Source: Paraspadella gotoi (lineage: Eukaryota; Animalia; Chaetognatha). From it: a stretch of 64,000 nucleotides of DNA. The stretch is taken from assembly GCA_051294375.1 (NCBI GenBank), contig CM119271.1, forward strand, positions 3,868,610-3,932,609, given 5' to 3'. Shown here in pieces: positions 57,338 to 64,000 of the stretch (positions are counted from its first letter, which is position 1; each line of letters begins with the position of its first letter). The notes beneath the pieces were generated by a model. It was not told where the DNA came from. It searched no databases and saw nothing but the letters and a program-made list of their open reading frames with translations. Made by a program: the position numbers and the translations under genes.

Positions 57338-58016
57338 CGACGACGACCGACCGACCGATTGATTAATAATTACTAAACCGGACCGACCGATTGATTTAAT
57401 ACATTACTAAGACCGACCGACCGATTGATTAATAATTACTAAGACCGACCGATTGATTAATAATTACTAAGACGACCGACCGATTGATTAATAGAATTAC
57501 ATAGACCGACGACTATATACAAGACCCGACCGATTGATTAATAATTACTAAGGACCGACGACCGATTGATTAATAATTACTAACGACCACGACGATTATA
57601 AAATTACTAGAGACCGACGACCGATTGAATTAAATTACTAGACCACCGACCGATTGATTTAATTTACTAAGGACCACCGACCGACCGCATTATTAATAAT
57701 TACTGAAGACGACGACCCGACCGATTGATTAATTAATTACTAGACCGACGACCGATTGATAATACTCAAGAGACCGACCGATTGAATAATAATTACTAAG
57801 ACCGACGACCGATTGATTAATAATTACTAAGACCGACCGATCCGACCGGATGATTAATAATTACTAAGGACCCGACCGACCGACCGACCGATTGATTCAT
57901 AATTACTAAAGCCGACCGACCACCGACTTGATTAATAATTACTAAGACGACCGACCGATTGATTAATAATTACTAAGACTGACCGACCGATTATATTATA
58001 ATTACTAAGACCGACC
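57338..58016. repeat. Tandem satellite, unit (GACC)2-4-GATTGATTAATAATTACTAA (~28-36 bp)
   Basis: About 20 head-to-tail units with random indels; decays further to ~58280. Confidence 0.9.
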
Positions 58017-61000
58017 GAGAGGTTGCTGGTTATAATTAATTTCTTTGAAAGAGCCGACGCAGAACGCCGGAGAGAGACCGGATTTGATTAGAGTAGATAA
58101 TTAACCTAATGACGACCCGACCGACCGGACCGATAGATTCATTATTTACTAAGACGACGACCGACGATTGATCTAACATAATTACTAAGAGACCGCGGAG
58201 ACCGAGACCGATTGGAATGATAATAATTACTGATAGGCAGGGACCGAGAGCACGAGAGACGACCGCATTGATATAATAATGACTGAAGAGAGACCGATCC
58301 GAAGACCGGAAGAGAGAGAGAGATGTGAGTATGAATAAGTGTACTAGACGAAGAAACCGACGCGAGTGAAATGGAAAGTGCATGGGCGAGCCTGTATTTC
58401 GTATCTTTTAGATTTAAAAATCTTTGTGGAACAAATGTAATGTTTCTTTTTAAAATATATGATTGACCCTGCGATCGATAAAACTCCCAAAAAGAACCAC
58501 CGCTGTGACTTATTCGGTTTGAATAACAAAGATGTCGAAGATGCTTTCGATCACAACAACGATATCAAAAGGCTTATCATACTTTTCAAAATAATTTAAA
58601 CATTTTTGAGGGTATGCAATGTTTCCGTTCTTAGGCAAGGTTTTTCGTTAACTTTCTAAAAAAAATATAAACTATTTTCGGGTTTACGATCGCAGAAAAA
58701 AATCCAAACCCTTACTCCTAAATGTAATATAGGTTGTATCAATTTCAAAAAGCGAAATATGAAATAGTTTTAGTTAAAAGGCGGTAAACCAGAAGGTCCG
58801 CCCTTAGATCTTTTGATTTTTAACAAACCATCGAGCAACAAAACCTAAATAGGCCAGGACCAATTGGGACAGACCGACGGCACCCCAGAAACTTACCCAA
58901 CGCTACAGCACCCGCACCGGCCGAACGGGACCCGACCCGACCCCGACAAAACGTCGAACGAGTACTCGCGGCCGCACACCCTAATGAATTGAAAAAAGTT
59001 GTTCTTTTAACCCGTCATTCTCACACCTTAGCACCACGAAAAAGTATATAATTATGAATAACAATTTAATTTTCATCAAATGGAGAAGGCCCAGTGACGA
59101 GCTACAAACAAACAAAAAAAACTTTTTTTGCCAGTTGCGACTTAATTCTTCTTCCTACAGTCGCGAAAAAAGTAACTCAAAATAACTAAAAAAAAGTTTA
59201 CGAACAATGTAAGTCGAACATATCATCTATCGGCTTTTTTTTTTTTTTTCTTTTTGTTTATGTACATCGCACTGCCTCTCCTCCATTACTGAAAATTAAA
59301 TTAACGTTTTTCCCGCCCGCCAAAACCCACATTAAATGCCCACCCGAACCCTCCCCCCTCCAAAACACAATCATAACCTCCACACACAACCACGTAACGA
59401 CACGCCACTTGCCGACTATTTAGACCCTACGCGCGTTCCCCTACGTCGCCACCCCGCGCTGCATCCTACGCTCAATTCTGACCCGTCCCTACGGGCCTCC
59501 GGGGCCCTTCAAAAAGCTTCTCCCCCCACTCTGATTCCGCCACACCGCGGTTTGACCAGGAACGGCCGCTTGCGTCTCGCACGACTTGTTAAAGGTTTCT
59601 TCCCTGCCGCGCGCCAGCACGCCCCCATGAGCTGCAGACCACGCCAGCCAGCCCCCAGTCGCCGAGAATTTGCCCTATTCTGGCCGAACATCCGTGACTC
59701 CGGACGTCCTCTAGGACATGTTTGAACCCTGCCATTCTTCCTCAGGGTAATGGCCCCCGCCCCCAGGCACCGGTGCTTCTCGCCTCTTAGAGACCGTCTT
59801 CACCATCCGACCCTGCCTTCAATCTTGCGGGCAAGAAAGGCACGTCCGGTCTCCCCCGAAGCAATATGTCACCCTCCTAGAAAATCAACAGCCGGATCGC
59901 TGCCTCTTCTTTTTTCTCCCCGTCTGGGTACGTATTTCTTTTTACCATAAACAACCTACAAGTACGTCTTACCGCTCAGCTCACCTCTCCTGACACTATT
60001 CTCAAATTCATTCGTTTGCTCTCGCGCCCTCTAGCATTACTCTCATGACTTAACCTAACTCAGCCCTTGATATTGCAGAATAGCAAATACTACAAAAGTC
60101 TTCTTCCTTAGACGTTTGCCGCGATGCAAGAACGCAACTCAGGCGAACACACTTTCCTTTGGCTCTAACGCAACCATATCAATAGATAAAGTTCTTTAAC
60201 AACTTACCTACCACTAGCACTAGCTATCGTCCTGTTTACACCATCGCTCGCACTTCTTCGGCATCAGAACCAATCTAACTGACAAACATATCTAATCTGA
60301 CCATACTCGCCTTTTCCTTCTCATTTCTCTCCCTCCGGCCCGCTTACACCTTATATCCAAAATACTATTACACGACTAATATAACAATACAAATCTAATT
60401 TTTCTAAGAGTCCCATGACCTTGCATCGAGGCACTCCACACGTACCTCTCAAATTCACGAAAAAACCAACCATCCACCCCGCGGAATATCCACCTGCTGC
60501 CTCCCAGTACAGACACCCCCAATCGTCCCGTCCGGGCACATCACCGCGCCCACTGCGTCAACATCGGGCCAAACGCAGGCAACACCAGCATACACACGGT
60601 TCTTCCGGGATCCCCCCAGCCGCCCGCCGCAAATACGTCCTCAATCATATGTAGCCGGCAGCTTAAGGCCAGACTGACCCAACAAAACGCGCGAAGTAAA
60701 ACACCATTGACGACGGCGCGGCAGGGAGGTAGGCAACGGGAGAGAGAAAAGCAGAGAGAGACGAGAGAGAGACGAGAGAGCATGAGGGCGGAGATTGATA
60801 CACGATGACGAGAGGCAAGAGATCGAGACGATGACGAGGACGGAGAGCAGAGAGAGACGAGACCGAGATATCTCGATCAGCCCGAGGCAGCCCATACGAC
60901 CGCAGACGAGGAGCAGACAGAGACTCTCACCCCGGCCACCGGTGCCCGAAGCCCGTTTCGTCGGAATCGGGAACCCGATAAACACCCCAACCGGTGACGG

Positions 61001-61429
61001 CGACTCAAAAGTGGGGGGGATCCGTGCCGACGAAGAGAGACGAGCCGAGAGACGAAGCGAAGCCGAGAAAGCTGATCGTGGCGGCGGAAATGAGAAAAGA
61101 AGCATTTCTCGCGAGACTAACACGACATTTAGAACCGATAGCAAGCCATATATTGACAAACTTGCCTACAACTTACATATAATCAAAACAAAAATCTTTC
61201 GTTCGATCAATTCTGGCACCCGGATACTGTATTATATTAACAAAAAAATACACAAATAATTGATGTACGGCCGACGACAGTGAAAGACTTTANNNNNNNN
61301 NNNNNNNNNNNNNNNNNTCTCGCTACACAATTATTTTGTATTTGTAATATAATACCATATCCGGTCCAGAATTATCGAACGAAAGATTTTTTTTATATAT
61401 TAGTNNNNNNNNNNNNNNNNNNNNNNNNN

Positions 61430-64000
61430 ATTTTTCTCGAGAAGGTGAAATGGTAACCGTACAACAACCGACGCCGATAACAACGACGAACTTGACGACC
61501 TCGGACGACCGAGCCAAGACCGTAAATATGAGAGACAAAAAGGATCTTTTTTTTTTCTTTCTTTTTTAACGATCGTTCCGTAAAGGAAAAACCCGGTTAA
61601 GCTCAGCCGAAGAAGAACGGAATGCGTTAAATTGGAATCAAGGATCAGAAGGGAGGAAAAAAAGAGGTCGACCGGCCGACGCGGAGCGGATTCCGATTGA
61701 TTAATAATTACTAAGTTACTGACCAGATTTGGATTAATAATTACTAACGAACCGACCGCGCTGATTGATTAATATTACTATGCAACCGACGACCCGATTG
61801 ATTAAATATACTAAGACCGGACCGACCGATTGATTAATAATTACTAAGAACCAATGCGACCGATGATTAATAATTACTCCAAGTTTACGGTTCCGACCGA
61901 TCCGATTGACTCACTAGAGGAATACATATTTATTAGGTACGGACTCGAGTTCTCTCGATTGATTATCTAATACTGTAGATCAGCCTGTCGACCTCCGAGA
62001 GACCAACCGAGTCTTGAGTTATAAGTTCACTCACTCAGCGTTCGCGCTGTATACCTGAGCGGTATCAAGATCGATTCGTCATTGATCACCAGGGGAATGA
62101 CTTAATAATCCTACTAGATGAAACCCGAGACTGACCCGAGTTGATCTAATAATTACTTAAGACGAAACCGAACCGGACTTGATTAATTAAATTACTAATG
62201 CACCGGGACCGATAGCCGAGTGATTAAATAAGTACTAAGACCAGAAGCCAGACCGATTAGATTAAGTACATGGATGACTAAGAGATCCGGAAGTCGTCAA
62301 TCCGAGCCGATTTCGATTTGATTACACATAGATGGACTAAGACCGACGCGACCGAATTGATTAATAATTATTAAGACGACTCGACCCGAGATTGATTAAT
62401 AATTACTAAGACCACCGATAAGTGGTCAGTCCGATATGAGTTCCCAACTAATATACTCAGAAAGACCGACGAATCCCCGATGTGGAAATTATAATTACTA
62501 AAGACCGAGTCTGACCGATTGATAATAATTACTAAGACGGCGATGCGCGACCGATTGGATTAATTAATGTACTAAGACCTGACCGGATTGATTAATAGGG
62601 ATTACCTAAGACCTGACCGAGACCGATTGATTAATAATTACTAAGACCCTAGAGACCGACCGATTGATTAAAATTACCTAAGACCGACGCGAACCGATTG
62701 ATTAATAATTACTAAGACCAATCGACGCGATTGATTAATAATACTAAGACCACGATCCGTACCCGATTGATTAATAATTATTAAGACTGACCCGACCGGA
62801 TGATTAATAATTACTGAAGTACCGACCAACCGATTGATTAATAATTTACTAAGACCGCCGACCGATTTGATTGTAATAGATTTACTGAAGACCGACTGAC
62901 GATTGATAATAATTATAGCTAAGACCGACCGACGGCCCGATTGATTAATAATTACTAAGACGCGACCGGACCTGCCCGGATTGGATTAATAATTACTAAA
63001 GACACCCCGTTCCTAGGACCGAGATTCAGATCCGAATGTTAATAATTACTAAGGACCTGAGCCGATTGATTAATAATTACTAAGACCAGACGGGACGCGA
63101 CCGAATTGATTAATAATATACTTACCGACCGAGCCGATTGATTAATAATTACTAAGACGCCGGACCGACCGATTGATTAATAATTATCTAGACTAAAGAC
63201 CAATCGACCGATTGATTAATAATTAACTAAAGACCGACCAGACCCGATTGGATTAATAAATTATTAAGACAGTGACAGCGAGCCGATTGATTAATAATTA
63301 ACTCTAAGACGACGCGACAGACCGATGTGTGATGTAAAATTACTAAGACGCGGACCGACGGCCGATTGATTAATTAATTCTAGAACCCGGGACTGACCGA
63401 TTGATTAATAATACTAAGACCGAGCCGACGATCGATTTGATTAATAATTACCTAAAGACCGACGACCGATTGATTAATAATTTACTAAGACCGACCGGAC
63501 CGATGATTATAAATTACTAAGACCGACCGACCCGTATCTGAGTTAATAATTACTTAAGAGACCCTGGAACCGACTGACCGATTGACTTCATATTATCTAA
63601 CTAGACCAATCGAATGCGCCGATTGAATTAATAATTTTACTAAGACCGACCCGACCGATTGGATTTAATTCAATATTAGACTGACCGACCGATTGATTAA
63701 TAATTACTAAAGACGTCGACGCAACCGATTGATTAATAATTACTCAAGACCTGACCGAAGCACGATTGATAATAATTACTGAAAGACCGACTGACGCGAT
63801 ATGATTAATAATTGCTAAGACGCGGACGCGATACGCCGATGATTAATAATCTAGCTAAGAGCGAACGACCTGACCGATTGATTAATAATTACTAAGACGC
63901 TGGACCATCCGAAGGTCCGATTTGGATTAAATAATTTACGTAAGACCTAAGATCGACCGGATTTGAATTAATAATTTACTAAGACCTGACGCGACCGATT
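61430..64000. repeat. Noisy second copy of the 57118-57340 flank followed by a longer array of the same satellite
   Basis: 61430-61665 is an insertion-rich version of 57118-57340; 61668-64000 repeats GACCGATTGATTAATAATTACTAA to the window end. Confidence 0.9.

Noticed and set aside
59336-61259. GC-richer ORFs suggesting a foreign or viral insert
   Set aside because: Low-complexity P/R/S translations within apparent raw-read noise; no family motif.
57338-64000. CRISPR array (near-constant ~24-bp repeat with variable intervals)
   Set aside because: Intervals are only ~4-15 nt of GACC variants or read noise, not unique ~30-nt spacers; no cas genes; eukaryotic context.

Overview
AT-rich, microsatellite-rich eukaryotic (probably invertebrate) genomic DNA from a gap-filled draft assembly; no prokaryotic features, and almost all ORF-track entries are simple-repeat noise. 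Layout: (1) three near-identical copies of a ~12.2-kb unit (<1-8273, 25781-37919, 37945-50106); (2) a giant inverted duplication (core 8299-22660, right arm running to ~24685, axis ~15.4 kb) that looks like a long-read fold-back; (3) nested non-autonomous transposons: a 2984-bp CACGG/CCGTG element with ~840-bp TIRs and a 4-bp ATGA TSD confirmed by an empty site, a tRNA-derived SINE, a hAT-like CAGGG element that splits that SINE, a TA-flanked Tc1/mariner-type MITE, Helentron/HINE-like pairs and Penelope-like fragments; (4) several minimal hammerhead ribozyme motifs, including a head-to-head pair inside the MITE; (5) one credible spliced gene (54682-55619, +) for a small 8-Cys secreted, probably GPI-anchored protein; (6) a ~28-36-bp satellite and raw low-quality read sequence at the end. 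The most interesting biology is the MITE-borne hammerhead pair, two haplotypes with reciprocal TE insertions, and the unrecognised Cys-rich protein. The large-scale duplications are probably assembly artefacts. Coordinates were counted by eye and fuzzy boundaries are approximate.
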